From the NCBI GenBank assembly GCA_023205875.1, contig CP060769.1, positions 186,001-250,000 on the forward strand: 64,000 bases of DNA, given 5' to 3'. A model generated the notes under the pieces. It was not told the origin of the DNA. It saw only the letters and a list, made by a program, of their open reading frames with translations, and ran no database searches. The first letter of the stretch is position 1. The number at the start of each line of letters is the position of its first letter. Of this stretch, positions 33,651-47,100 are shown one piece after another. This stretch comes from Chloropicon primus. Taxonomy: Eukaryota. A program made the position numbers and the translations under genes.

Positions 33651-35403
33651 ATGACAAAAGATTCTGCCTTGCTTACTGGAAGTCTCCGGACTGGTGCCCT
33701 CTTCGGTAAGGTTGCCGTGCTCTCTGGCGTTGCCATTAGACAAGTGGCGAGGAGCTTCCGCTTCCTCTCTCTCATGCTCATGACACGGCAGAGCTTTGGG
33801 GGTGCACTCAGAAGCAGGAAACCCAATCCTTTGAGCTTGGACTGACCACCGTGAATGGATCCTTCGTTCCTCTCTGTCTCTGTGTCTCTCTGTCTCTCTC
33901 TGTCTCTCTCTGTGTGTGTGTGTGTGTGTGTGTGTGTCAGGCGGCGGGTTCAGTCTGGCTGGCAAGGACCTCCAGGACTGCTACGAGGGGCAAGTGAGTG
34001 TTGAGACGGGCAAGAGGCAGGGCAAGGGCAAGTACGTGTACCCAAACAGGTCCTTCTCATACGATGGAGAGTACGTGGACGGGAAGAAGAGTGGGCATGG
34101 CAGGTTCTTCATCGAAGGCCACAGCTTGTATGAAGGGAACTTTGAGAATGATGAGATACAAGGCCAAGGAAGGCAAGTGTACGCGGACGGCAGCACGTAC
34201 GAAGGAGAGTTTCACCTCGGCGAGAAGCACGGCAAGGGAACGTTTGTGAACAAGAAGAAGAAGGAGAGGTACACCGGCGAGTTCCTTGGAAATTCGAGGC
34301 ACGGCCAAGGGTCGCTGGTCCTCGAGGATGCTAGAGGATCCTTAGTATCGTACGAGGGACAGTTTGTGGAGAACAAAATTCTCGGGGAGGGCAGACTCCT
34401 CCCCGCCAGCGGTGTGGCGTACGAGGGCAACTTTGCACAAGACTTGGACTCGGGGATACCTCCGCTGCAAGTTAGCTTGACCGGGTACGGAAAGATTAAG
34501 TTCCCTGATGGTTCGTATCAAGAGGGCCAGTTTGAGAGAAACAAGCTCAACGGGACGGGGTTGAACTACGACGTGGCGACGGGGATCACCTTCAAGGGGC
34601 AGTTCGAGCATAATGTGCCCACCACTGTGGCCAAGTCCATGACTTGCAAGTTCTACGAAGAGAAGCGAGCGGCCTCTCCTTCCACGGCCCAGGACGCCGA
34701 AGACGGTGCACCCCAGGAGGCAGAGAGCGGCGGCGAACAGACTGAAGCAGCCAATGCGGAGGTCCAAGGGGGAGAACCAGAGGAGAAGGAGAAGGAGGCT
34801 AATGATGGCGAGGCCGTTGAAGCCGAGGCGGAGGGAATGGACGCCGATGGCGATGTCGAGACGACGGCGGAGGGACCAAATCTGATCGACAACGAGGTTT
34901 TAGAGCTCCCGGTCGCTCGGGAGCAATGGGGAAGGTACTTCATTCGGATTTGCGTTGAGACCGAAGTGGAGATCGAGAACGAAACGGTCGCAGAAGGCGA
35001 GAACGATGCGCCATCAGGGGACGAAGTGGAGTCGAACGCAGAGGCTGCAGTCGAATCCGAGGAGAGCACGCCCATCAAGGATGTGGACGGCACGAAGAAC
35101 GAGGAGGAGGAGGGAAGCAAACGCACTGAACTCTGCGTCTTCGCCGGTGAATCCGGCAGGACAGTTCGCCTGAGAGTGACCAAGGCAGCTAGCGAAGAGG
35201 AAGCACCAGTGGAAGCAGCGGAGGGCGGCGGCGAAGACGCACAGGAATCTGAGGAGATCGAGGCGGAAGTAGAAACATTGGAAGGTATCGCAAAGTTTAC
35301 CGACTTGGGCGATCTCCTCGCCACCGCAGGTCCTGGGAGGTATTCTTTGGAGTTCTCCTCCACCGGGCTCGAGCCACGCAAGCTCACCATCGCCCTTGCC
35401 TGA
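33651..35403 (+). CDS. MORN-repeat protein with an acidic C-terminal region, about 505 aa
   Basis: Multiple YEGxF..xxxGxG MORN repeats. Predicted exons 33651-33705 and 33941-35403 (phase-1 intron GTAAGG..CAG); the first exon is less certain. Confidence 0.85.
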
Positions 35404-35517
35404 CTCGAGGAATTCATCCAGCACAATGCGATTCAAAACTTATTTCCCTTAAACGTCTGCTTGTTCAGCAGCACAATGCGATTCAAAACTTGTTATCCAA
35501 AATCTCTTTTCCCTGGT

Positions 35518-36546
35518 CTAATGCGCCACACTCTCCGCGAACGAGGACAAGATGAAGCTGCACGTGACGCAGGTGATGCTCACCCCTAGTATATCCATCA
35601 AGACCTGGATACTCGTGCCGGCGTTGGCAGGATCGAATCCCATATCGAAGAGCACAAACGGCAGCGTCGTACCAAGCACCGTGCTGGTGAGAACAATGAA
35701 GAACAGGGACAAAGAAATCGCGAACGCGTTCTCGTGTGACCCATTCGTGACGTAAACTCTCAAATACCCTATCGTGGCGAGCGATATCCCGAGGAAAAGG
35801 CCAACCTGAAGAGAGCAAAGCGTTAGAGTAAGCCAGGGAAACCGATAATCAAGATTGAGACGGAGAGAGAACTTACTTGGAGCTGCTGGTACAGCACACG
35901 CATTTTGGTGTCCAGCGACCCGTCCATCTTTTTCGTGGCCAGCCCTCGAATGACCTTGATGGCAGACTGGTTTCCAGCGTTCCCCCCAGCTCCCACCAGC
36001 ATCGTGAGAAACAATGTCACAACGATGTGGTCCTTGAGGAGCTCCTGGAACTTGTCGAGTACGAAGCTTGAGCTCGACTGGAGCACCAGGAGACCGATGA
36101 GCCACCTCCCCCTGGTGTAGACCTCATCTGCGAGCAAGACACCGAGACACAATTCAATTCAGTCGGCCAGTCAGTCCATGTGCGCGCAGGGATTCATTCT
36201 TCAAAGCGTGGTACACACCTGCAATCTCCGGAGCAACCAAGCCACCGAGAGCCCCCTTCTTGTCGATGTCCCGCCTTTCGATGTCCATCCTCGCAGACTC
36301 CCCCTCCTCCCTCGTCCTGTCCTCGTTCTCTGCTCCAAGACGACCCAACCACCTCCTCCTCTTGATGCTGATGAAGTTGCTGCTTCTCCCCTTGCGCTTC
36401 ACCTCCTGAGTCGTCGCCTTGAAGCCCCGCGGAGCGAGGGAAGGAAAAGGGGTTCCGCTCGACAAGCACCTCCCTCCTCCTCGCTTTGCCACCTCGTTCG
36501 CTCCCTGTCGCACTCCAAGTCCAGTCACAGGCCTATGACGCCTCAT
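35518..36546 (-). CDS. MgtE: MgtE-family Mg2+ transporter (TM domain only) with a probable organellar transit peptide, 288 aa, 3 exons
   Basis: Exons 36546-36219, 36127-35877 and 35805-35518, all GT-AG and in frame. Motifs RGRWLIGLL, MLVGAGGNAGNQS and DPANAGTSIQVLMDILG. Confidence 0.9.
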
Positions 36547-37022
36547 GCGATCCAGTTCCGTCGTCTTTGTCTCTTCCTTCCAGGATCACAAGATGAATGA
36601 GGAGGGAGGGGATGAGATGAGTTATCATTGATAACGTAACGATGATGGTGATAACGATGAGAGGTGATGGCAGGGGGTGGGGGGTTCGTGCCCCACTCTA
36701 TCTGTCTGCTCCTCTGTGGTTGTTGCCTCTCTGCTTGTGCCTCTGCCCGTGTCATGCCTTGATCAAAGGGGGAGGGAGGGGGAGATCGATCGAGCTCAGA
36801 GGAAGGGAGGTGGATCATGATAACGATCGTGATAATGACAACGATGATGACGAGGAGGAGGAGGCCTCGTGGCAGGTGAGAGGACTTCGTGTTCGTACTC
36901 TGCCTGTTGCCTCTGAGTCTCTGTTTCTCATGGAACTGAAGTTCAGTCAGTGAACCTGCAGCCTTTCATCGGTGAGCCTGAGAGAGAGAGAGAGAGAGAG
37001 AGAGCATGAGAGAGCGTGTGTG

Positions 37023-37062
<40 letters not shown>

Positions 37063-37321
37063 GATCCTTGGAAGGGGGGAGGAGAGGAAAGTGAAGCGAG
37101 TGTATTGGCAGCAAGTCACGCGGGTCGACATTGACTCAGAATCACGTGGGGTCCCAAAGTCCCTTTCCTCAATCTCACACCACAACCACAAATCAGAAAA
37201 TCAATCACTCGCTGACGACGACGACGAAGGGGAGCATCACCGGGAGTGGTGCCAAGGTGAGTTGAGACGAGGACGGCGAACAAAGAGACGAGAGGAGGGG
37301 CTGAAAGATGAAACTGTCGTC

Positions 37322-37351
37322 TCCTCCTCTCTCGAAGGAGCCTTCACTCGA
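37322..37351 (-). promoter_or_regulatory. Dispersed 30-bp intergenic element, copy E
   Basis: Reverse complement TCGAGTGAAGGCTCCTTCGAGAGAGGAGGA (24/30 to copy B); shares the flank AAACGACGC with copy A. Confidence 0.5.
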
Positions 37352-37490
37352 AAGAAACGACGCAGGGGGTTGGCGTTGAGAGACTGAAGCGCGTTCATTT
37401 TTTTTGGTTCAGAAAGGCAAAAGGAGCACCAAGGCCAAGGCCAAGGCCAAGCAGAGAGACAGACAGACAGACAGACAGACTGAGGCGGTC

Positions 37491-38024
37491 ATGGCGGCAG
37501 CATTTGCCACGGTTGTGTGCGTGGCACTGGCAACCTTGCTGCTCGGGAGCACGAAAGCCGAACAGATAGAGGTGAAAAACAGCAGGGGGCAGAGCACTTG
37601 GATGGAAGGGTCCTCTTACCCAGAGATAAAGGCTCAGGTTGGTGACGAGTTGGTGTTCAAGTGGTATGGCCTCCACAATGTCGTGCTAATGGCGTCTGCG
37701 CCGGACGACAACTGCGCGAACATTGGAAAGGGGACGGACCTCTCGGGCGTCGTCACCGGTGGCGAGTACAAGTACTTGATCAAGCCGACGGACTTCGACG
37801 AGAACAGTGGTGTTTCGCAACTCAAGTTTAGTTGCAGCGTGGGGAGTCACTGTCAGAATGGTCAGTTTTTAGTGGTTACCCTCGAGGGTGGCACGACGAA
37901 CGACAACAACCCCGGCAGTTACCCGGGAGGTGGAGACAACAGCGCAGCAGCTCACGGGTACAATGGCGCCGGTGTCACTGCGCTGCTTGGCTCCGTCCTT
38001 CTCCTTCTCGCGGTGATCCTTTGA
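37491..38024 (+). CDS. Phytocyanin/stellacyanin-like blue copper protein, secreted and probably GPI-anchored
   Basis: Signal peptide; VGDELVFKW, HNVV and FSCSVGSHCQNGQ (ligands His, Cys, His, Gln); Gly/Asn-rich spacer and hydrophobic C-terminal tail. Confidence 0.88.
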   Translation: MAAAFATVVCVALATLLLGSTKAEQIEVKNSRGQSTWMEGSSYPEIKAQVGDELVFKWYGLHNVVLMASAPDDNCANIGKGTDLSGVVTGGEYKYLIKPTDFDENSGVSQLKFSCSVGSHCQNGQFLVVTLEGGTTNDNNPGSYPGGGDNSAAAHGYNGAGVTALLGSVLLLLAVIL

Positions 38025-38122
38025 GGGAATGGCATCGAATCAATCAATCAAAATAATAATCTGTGTTGTGTTGTATGGTACAAAAGTTTTGCTTAAGTTT
38101 AGTTCTGATGATAAATCCGCAC

Positions 38123-41100
38123 TCAAGTAGCAAGGGACAGCAGGACTGCGGTTCCTCGCTTCACCCAGTGCTCCGAACCGTTGCTTCCCGATTTGAGCTC
38201 GACATTGATTACGAACGAAGGCCTCTCCCTCGTCCCCGTTCTCACGGGGTACAGGTACATGGGGCACAAGTAGACTCCCTTGGGGACCTTCTTCTTGTTC
38301 TCAATAGGCTTGAAGTGAATAATTGGCATGGGCACGATCAATTCCATGGGCTCTGGCTCGACGAGGCAGCCGTTCTCGAAGTCCCAACCGGCACCCTCCA
38401 AGAAGGCTCCCTTGATGTAGACGCCCTCCTTTGGTCCCTGCTGAACCTCCTTCTCCTCCATGTTCACAATGGTGAACTCGAAGGAGAGGGTATCGATGGG
38501 CACGGAGTTCTTACGCGCCGTAGTCTGCAACACCGCCGTCAAGAAGGACGTTGGGTACGTGAAGGAAGACAGCCAGAAGACCTTTGGATAGTCGTTCTCG
38601 ATCCAGTTGTCGAACTCCGCCAGGCGGTTCATCAGGTCGCGGGTCCATGGTCCAAGGGACTTGAGGGATGGGTAGGATTTGAGCCAAGCTGGTGGCACCC
38701 TGGCTCCGTAGAGGGACTCGAAGACCTCATCGAGATCCGCACTCATGACGACCAGACCCTTGATTCCCATCCTGAGCTGCTGGCAGGAAAGCCTGACGTT
38801 GTTAATCAGGACGTTGTACCTCTCAACCTCCTGGAACAGGACCACGTGCAGTGGGGATGGGTCGTCCGCCTTGGCCTTCATGACGTCCTCCAGGAGCCAA
38901 GGCTGAGGCAGCTGCTGCAAAATGTCCGAAGCGATGCTGTCCACCAAATCCTCCCTCTTGGTGACTCCGCTGCTGGCGGCCCTTGGCTGAATCATCAGCA
39001 TCGACTCGAGCAAGATCCTCGTGTCCTCAATCATGTAGCTGATGTCCGCGTTCGGGTGCTGCCCGAGGGCCTCTGGGTGATCCACCTGCGGCAGGGTCGA
39101 GATGTAGTCCCTGTACGACTGGAGGGACCCGTTCTCCGGCACGTAGTACGTTGCCAAGGTCGAGAGCTGGTAGTTTGGCACGGCCAGCACATCCTCGCAA
39201 TAGAACTGGTTCAGGTAAGCGTGAAGCACGCGCCTGTCCAACTCGTCAGTCACTCTTCCGCCATAGTTTGCTTCGGCGATGAGGTACTTGAGGGCGTCCC
39301 ATGGGGTCTCCACGTACTCGTCCAAGTACGTCTTCAAGAGATCATCAGAGACCTTGAAGTCCGTGTCGTTGAAGTCGTACGCGATGTTCAATCCAAGCGT
39401 CCTGAACTTCCTCCTCTCCAAAAGGACGGCGTGGAAGTAGCACAGGGTGAACAACAGCTTGCAGTACTTGTCGGCAGTCTTGCACTCGCCGAAGCTCTCC
39501 TCCGTGATGTTGTTGTAAAGCCTGTACAGGTTGGCACGAAGACCCTTTGGAGGCTCCGTGGTCATCTTCAGACCACGCTGCAGGATGGCGATAGGGAAAT
39601 AAGGGTTGGGGCTCGAACTCAGCCACAGCCTGAAGTTCTCGTGCACGTCCTTCTTCTCGAAGTCTTCGATCATCTTGTCCAGCTTTGGAAGCCACGACGT
39701 CATCAAGTGACAGTTCGCAAGGAAGACCCAGAATCCCTCGACGAGTCCGTCCTCGATGAGCTTGGTAGCGACCGGGGCCTGACCCTGGCCCAAAGCCACG
39801 GAGAAGAACTTTTCCCCGAGGTTGTTCTCGGCGGCAAGCCTCCTGAGGTTCTCCGTTGGGTCCACTCCCGGGGAAAGCACGAAGATCAGAGGGTTCTTGT
39901 TGTCGCTCTCGTCGTAAACGTCTTGGAGGTCGAGCACCGGAGGCTCAACGAACTTCCTTCCCAGAGAATTGGCAACAAAGGTCGTCGCGGCGAAGATGAC
40001 TCTGTCGGGCCTCAGCGACCTGATCAGAATCATCTTTTGCAGCTCAGAACACTTGGACTCCCACTCTCCCGGCAGTTCGCAGACTTCCAGCTCGCTGTTC
40101 CTGTACCACTCCTCCCAGATCATCGGGTTCTGCTGGAAGGAAGACACGATGTCCTTGAAGCTCTGCAGGTTCTCCAACTCCGTGATGTTGTCCCACGCCT
40201 CCTCGCTGATCCACGTGGGCGCGGGGTTCTCGACCTGCTCGGCCCTATCGAGAACCTGTCCTCCCTTGAGGAAGAACTGCCACTCGTCGTTGTTGATCTG
40301 GTTGGACTTCTGAAGAATTCTGACACAGATCTGGAGCGACAAGAGCATCTTGTGCTTCTCGAACAGACCTCTTGACGTGTACCTGTACACGGCGTAGGTG
40401 TGGTAGTCGTTGAGGTGCTTTATCCTCTCGCTCAAGTTCTCACTTTTCGTCGACTTGGCAATGGAGCTCACGAACAGAGTGGTATAGGCCTCGAGAGAGA
40501 ACTGGTACATCGGGTCGATGAGCGACAAGTCGTACAACACGAAGTACAGAATGGCCGCACGGATAGAGCAAGGCCTGTACTCCTGCGAGGCTTGGAAAAT
40601 CTCCTTGGAGGTGACTTCCGCAATCTTCAGGGACTCGCTGACTTCCTCCCAGGTCGTCTTGGAGTCATCCAGAGTGTTGATGAGCTCCACGTTGTCCAGA
40701 AGGGATCCCTCCGCGGTGGAAAGCATGTACAAGATCTTGTCCTCGAGCTCGCTCTGGGTTCTCTTACCATGAGCCACCTTGACAATCAGGTCATTCTTCT
40801 GCTTGTCCAGGTCGGGCCTCTCCTTCTGCACGACGATGTTCAAAAGCTGGGCCTCCAAACCTTGCTCCTTGACGGCAAAGTTCACGATCGTGGACTTTGT
40901 CGAGATCTCTGGAGTGTAGTGAGGGTTACTCAGCTTCGTCGTGATGTACAGCTTGAACTCAGGGTTGTAGTCGATCTCTTTCTCTCCGAGCTTGATGATG
41001 ATGGAGTTGCCCTTCTTGATGAACGACTTGGCGAGCACCGGTTCCAGGGCCGGGTCGATCTCCTCCAAAATGTCTTGGAGCAGAACGGGGTTTCCGAACT

Positions 41101-44100
41101 GGAGAGCACTCTCCATGGTCCTCATCATCATGTCTCCCATGTTCTGGCTCAGCAACTTGCATCCTCTGGGGCCTTCCATGTTCTTGATCCACTTCTTGGC
41201 CTGTCCCTGGGGGTCGATCATCAGGGGCCACCTGTTTCCTCTCGTGACCAGCACGCCGTTCTCGGTCGAAAACGAGTCGCTTGGCAAGCCCTGAATGTTC
41301 CAGTCCCTCACGTCACTGGGGTTGGCCAAGAACAGGGCAAAGTTGAAGTTGGGGCTCGATGGGATGTTGAGCTCCTTCACCTGCTTGTACCAGGTCTCCT
41401 GCACGAGGATGTCACGATACTCACTCGGGAAAGGTCCGGCGTAACTCAAGAAAGCAGAAGCGAGCACGACGTCTCCAGGGATGTACTCGAGCTGCTGCTC
41501 GTACTCCGTGATGGACGACTCCCACCTCGACTTCTCGCCCGCAAGACCGGTGACCAGCTTCTCTGCGCGCTCGAGCTTGATCTCAAGCTCGTCAGACTCC
41601 TTCTGAAGGGCCTCCTTGGATGCGGTGGACTCCTCGTACTTGTCCCTCAGCGCCTGGACCTTGGCGAGCACCTCCGCCAAAGCATCTTGGGCTTTCGCGA
41701 GTTGCGCCTGCTTCTTCGCGAGCTGGTCCTGGGCGCTCTTCAGCTTGGCGCGCTTTGGAGCAATCTCCTTGGCGACGTGCCCGTACACTTCCATGGCGTA
41801 CACCCAAAGGCAAAGACCCTTTGCTGCCAGACTCACTCTGCCAACATTGTCAGGAGTGAAATCCTTGTTGGTGGTGTACTTTCCAATTTTCTTGAGGAGC
41901 GTACTGTCCAGCTTGTCCTTGTCGAAGTCGATGAGCTTCTGCAAGAAGTTGGTGTCTCCCAGCTGTTTCTTGGCCTCGTCCCAGTTCGTAGGGCGCTTCA
42001 GCGTGGTCAGCACCGCATTCAGGGTGACCTCCACGAGGGCTGGAGGCTTCGAGTAAGCCTTCAGCTCAGACATATCCTTCTTCGTGAGCACATTCAGTGC
42101 CTCCTCGGCTGCTCTGAGGGCTGGAAGGGCCTTGTCCAAACCGGCCTGGCACTCCTCCGCAATCTTGTTTGCTTCCTCAGCCTCACCGGCAATCTTCTGG
42201 GCCTCCGCATTCACTTGCTTCTCTTGCTCGTCTGCAGTTCTCTTGTCCTGCACAATTTCGACGAGCAACTCCTCGCAGTCCCTCTTGGCCTGCGCGACGA
42301 CCACCTTCTTCTCCTGGCACAAGACTTGCATTTCTGTGACTTGAACCGCGGTCTCGTCCAGCTTCTGAAGGCCTCCCTTCAATTTGTTCGCCTTGTCCCC
42401 AATCTCAGTGCGCTTCTCGTTCAGGAGCGTGGAGTACCCGCTCACAAACTCGAGGTAGTTCGTAGGCGTGACATAGTTGTGCCTCTTCAGCTGCTGCAGC
42501 ATCTGGGCGGACGTGGAGCTCGTGGACGAGTGAACCGTCACGAAGACTTGGCAGATGGCCTCCTTGACCTCGTCGCTTCCAAGGTTCTCCTCCTCCAGTT
42601 GCTTCGTGGCGACCTCGTACAAGGCATCCCGTGGCCACTCCACAAACCAGTCGATTGTGGTGCAGTTGACCAGACCAGGGAACATCCTCACCCTCTCCCT
42701 GAAGGACTCTCCGACTGGACTCAAACAGAGCACGATGTGAAGGTTGTTCCTGACCCTGTCCTGGAAAAAGGCGTAGAGCTGGTCCTGCGTGTCTCCCATG
42801 CCCACCTTCTTGGCGTCCGGGCGAACCGCGTCGAGGACTCCTGTGATCTCGTCCTTGGGGAACAAGTTAGGAACCTCGCCAGAAGTAAGAATGTTGTTGA
42901 TGTCCTCCAGGAAGACTTCGGACACAATCTGCGTCTCGTCAAAAAGGAAGACCGTTGGCTTGTTCGAGCATCCCGCGAGCCTGTACAAGTTCTTGACATC
43001 CTCCCTGAACTCAAAGAGGCGGTAGTTTTTGCTGATCTCAATTTGGAAGCACTTCAACTCGGCGACGTAGGAAGCAAGCTTTGCGAGACTCTTTCTTCCG
43101 CTTCCACCGACACCAACCAGGAGCGCGTTACCCCTTGGCTGCTGCAAAATTCTGTGGATCTTGCAGACGTGGTGAAGAGCGTCCTTGAAAAGCACGAGGT
43201 CCATCGCACTCTTGCCAGGCTCCAAAGCGTAGTCCTCGAGCTTTTCCACCAAGAAGGACTTGAGCGCACCCTCGTCGGTCACAGCCTCGTAGGGGGGGTT
43301 GTCAATCGTTTGCATGAAGTTGACAAACGGTGGGCAAACGCCCGCCTCAAAAAGGCCACCCCACGACGTTCCGAACAAGCCGCTGAGGCAATCGTCCACC
43401 TTGGCCTTGAGCCACTCCTTGTCAGCGGGGTCCCACATCCTGTCTCCGTAAATCCTGAACGTTTCGTGAACCCACAGCTGAATCATGGACTCTGGGTTAT
43501 CGTAGTACTGCTTCGTCGCCTGCATCACACCCTGCACGACCTTGGCAAGATCCCTCGTGTTAAAGAGGTAATGGCACTTGCTAGGCGTTGGGAGCAAGTC
43601 TTTGCAGATGGAAGCGTAGATCCTAATGCTCGCCTGAGTGAGAGAATCCGCCATTGGCTTGATCTCGTCGTCAAAGTCCATGAGCTTGTTCGTCAAGAAC
43701 GTGCTGTAGATTCTCTTCAGCTGAGACTCACTTGGTGGCGTCATGTTCACCACGTTGAAGCAAGCCAAGATACGCTGGCTGAAGGCATTACGTCCACCAC
43801 CAGGGGGAGCCATGGCCGCCATGAGCTGCATGTCCTTCACGTACTTGATCTCGCACTTGATCCTGTCGTACCAGAATCCGTTGTCGACCCACAACTTGAG
43901 CAACTCCAGCGGAGGGATGAAGCCAAACTTGCTCTTCTGGGGCATGTTCAAGTCATCAATAAACGTGATGAGATGCTTGCCACCAGCTGGAGCGAACACT
44001 CCCTTGGTTCTCTTCTCGAGCCGTCCCTCGATCGTGTCCTGCAGTGAGTTACTGGATGTCTGCGCACTGAAGTTCACGAACATGCACGACTGCTGCTCGC

Positions 44101-47100
44101 CGATTGTGTCCAGCACACTCGAGGCCACCATGGTCTTACCCACACCCACATGTCCCACGAGCAAGAGGTGCTTGGATTCCTTGACGTACACCTTGGACAC
44201 CATTTGCGTTCTCAGCGTATCGATGGTGGGCACAAGGATCTTGAAGAAGGGGGTGTCGGCAGGTGGCCTGTAGGTCTGTGCCGGGAGCTTCTCTTCCCAT
44301 GGCATCCACGCGAACTTCTTGTAGTCAATGGTATATTCGTACACGGTGTCTGTCGGGGGGAACAGGGCGTCCATCTCTCTCAGGAGCGAGTCAAACTTCT
44401 TTCTGTCCTCAGTTCCAAGGCTCCCGCCGAGGGACCAAGTCAGAGAGAAGAGGAACCACATGTCAATCATCTGCGGCATGGTCTCCTTGTTCACATTTCC
44501 GTGGTTCTCCTTGTAGAGGGAGTCGAACAAGATGGTGAGCGAGCGAACGCCGGACAGAGGATCAACGGCAACGACTTCCTTGCACTGCCTCCTCTTGAAG
44601 TCCAAGATTTTGTCAATGTAGCGCTCCGTCAGCTTCTTCAGCGGCTCCACAAGGTGCTGCTGTTGCGAATCGTCGTTCTTCGTCCTGAGCCAGGACTTGA
44701 CGAACGGGCGCCAGCTGAGGTCCTCCACGTTGAGGTAGATCATTCCCGCTCTGCTCACCGTCGCGGGAGATGCTTGCGACAGATCCTCCACCTCGAAAAG
44801 GACGGAAACTTGCTGGACCATGGAAATTCTCTCACCGCTCAGCAATGTGAGCAGCTTGTTGTCATCCAACAGAGTGTTCATGGACTCGATCCAAAGGGTA
44901 TCGACTGGACCGTCGAAGAGGATCCATTTCTGGTCCAGCGCCTCGTCCTTGCAAACGTTACGCATGAGCCTTGCCAAGATACCGTCTTGCCACTCGTGAG
45001 TCGCCGCGTCGAAGCACCCGTACATCTCGTCGTTTGACAGGGAGAGGGGGTTAATCGTGTGGACGTGGACCTTTGCGTACTGCTCCTCGTTGGGGAACTG
45101 CGCGTGCAACTTGCCCAGCGTCCTCTGCAGGCACTTCCAGGCCTCACTCTTTCCTGCTCCCGTCTTGCCGACGATCATGTTTCCGTGCCTAGCTACTTTA
45201 CAGTCGTAAATCTGGATGATCTTCGTGATGAATTCTGGAACAGGCTGGAGGTTGTGAGACTTGAGCTCGTTCACGATCGTCTCCCGGAGAGCTCCCCCGT
45301 CGTTCTGCGGCAGCTCGACTCCGGGGAAGAGGTCGGACAGCAGCGCCATGAACAGAGGAAGGTCAAGGTAAACCAACTTGGGCTTGATGAGGTCGATCAT
45401 GGTCCTGTACATGATCACCTCCTCGGGCACGTCAGGATCAGCACGCTTCAAAGCACCTGCAGCCCTCGCGATTGGGATGACAAAACTACGCAGACCGTAA
45501 TCGTAGTGATCCTGCTTGGAAAGCTGCTGCTGGGAGAGCTCCATGATCGCAATCATCTTCTTGGCGAGGTTCTTCGCGCTGTTGAAACCCTCGGAATACA
45601 TCATGATCTCTGCAATCAACGCGAAATCGGGAACCATCATCGACACGGGACGCACGATGGCCTTCAAGTTGTCGGGGAGCTCACTTCTGCCAGCGTAACC
45701 GGGGTTCATCGTGACGAAGATTCCGCAAGTGGGAATCAACCTGATCTCGGTTCCCAGGAAATTAAACCTGGTCTTGCGCTCCTTGATGGCTTGCATGACC
45801 AGCGAAATCTGCGTGGCGACCACAGACAACACTTCCACCTCGATACGGTTGAACTCGTCCAGGCACGCCCAAGCACCGGTCTGAGCCAGACCCGAGAACA
45901 TCTTACCCGTCATTTTGTAGTCAACACCGTCGGAGCAGTTGAAGACAATGACGTACCTCGCCAGGGCCTTGCCGAAATCCTTGACCGTCTCCGTCTTGCC
46001 CGTACCAGCGGGGCCCAAAGGATTTCCACCCCTCCTCGTGAACATTGCCGCGCCTAACGTCATGTAGCATCTGTCCGTCAAGGGCGTGATGACCAGTCTT
46101 CCGTTGTTGCCCTGGTACTCGTATCCGTAAGTGAACACACTGAGAACCTGCTTCACCACGCAGTCGTTCTGCTCCCTGTCCCAGTAGAAGCGCAGCTGCG
46201 ACACCCAGTTGAAGTCGGAGCTGCCCTGGCATCCGAGCTTGGCAAGCTTCTCGATCACGTCCCTTGCGTGGACTTCAATAGTAATGAGGGAAACCACCTT
46301 GTTCCTCTCGATCTTGTTGAGGCGACTCCTTGTGACGAAAGTGAGCTTGTTCAAGTAGCTCACCCACTTTTTCTTCAAGAGCTTGAGTGCAGCCTTACCG
46401 CCGCCACCAAACCCTTCCGAGTCCCCAAGGGCTTTCTCACACTCAGCAGTCCAGATGATCTGGCCGGCAGTGATGAGCATCTGCCCGTGGTACTCCTTGA
46501 CCCACTTCTCCTTCTTCATGCCCTTGGATTCCTCCAGAGTCTTCAAGAGGTTCTTCTTCGTCGTCGCGAACATTCCTGCCTCGATGTCATTGAGCCAGTC
46601 CTCGGGCCTGCCCTGCGTGACAATCGGAGAGATGAAAGGCAGGTACTCCTTGTCCTTTGCGTGAATGCCGTGCGCTTCGTAAAACCTGTGCGTCGAGTCC
46701 GGGGTCTTCATGTCAAGCTTCGCTATGCCCTCGAAACACTTCTTGAGGTGAGGCTGCACGTTCAGAGGATCCTTGGCCTGGCCAAGAATCTCCAAAAGGT
46801 CGTCACTGGACAAGAAGTAGAACCTTGGGAACTGTTGACGCTTGCTCTCCAGGTAGTTGTCCAAGGACTTTTGGATCTTTTCCAGCTTGGCGTCCATGTC
46901 CATGAAATTGTCCAGCATTCCAGGCGCAAGGGCGGCCTTCAGAACGTTGTTGATCTCGTGAATCTCCTTCATCTTCGCGATGAAGTTGTAGTGCACGGCC
47001 TCGAACATGGCGGACTCTTGCGGGAGCTCCCTGTGGATGCTGTCCGAGCCAATGAAAATGTTTTCCAGGTACATCCAGTTGCGCTGGACCTGGAGGATCA

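Noticed and set aside
35419..35491. CRISPR-like repeat-spacer-repeat
   Set aside because: Only two repeats, no cas genes, and a eukaryotic 3'-UTR context.
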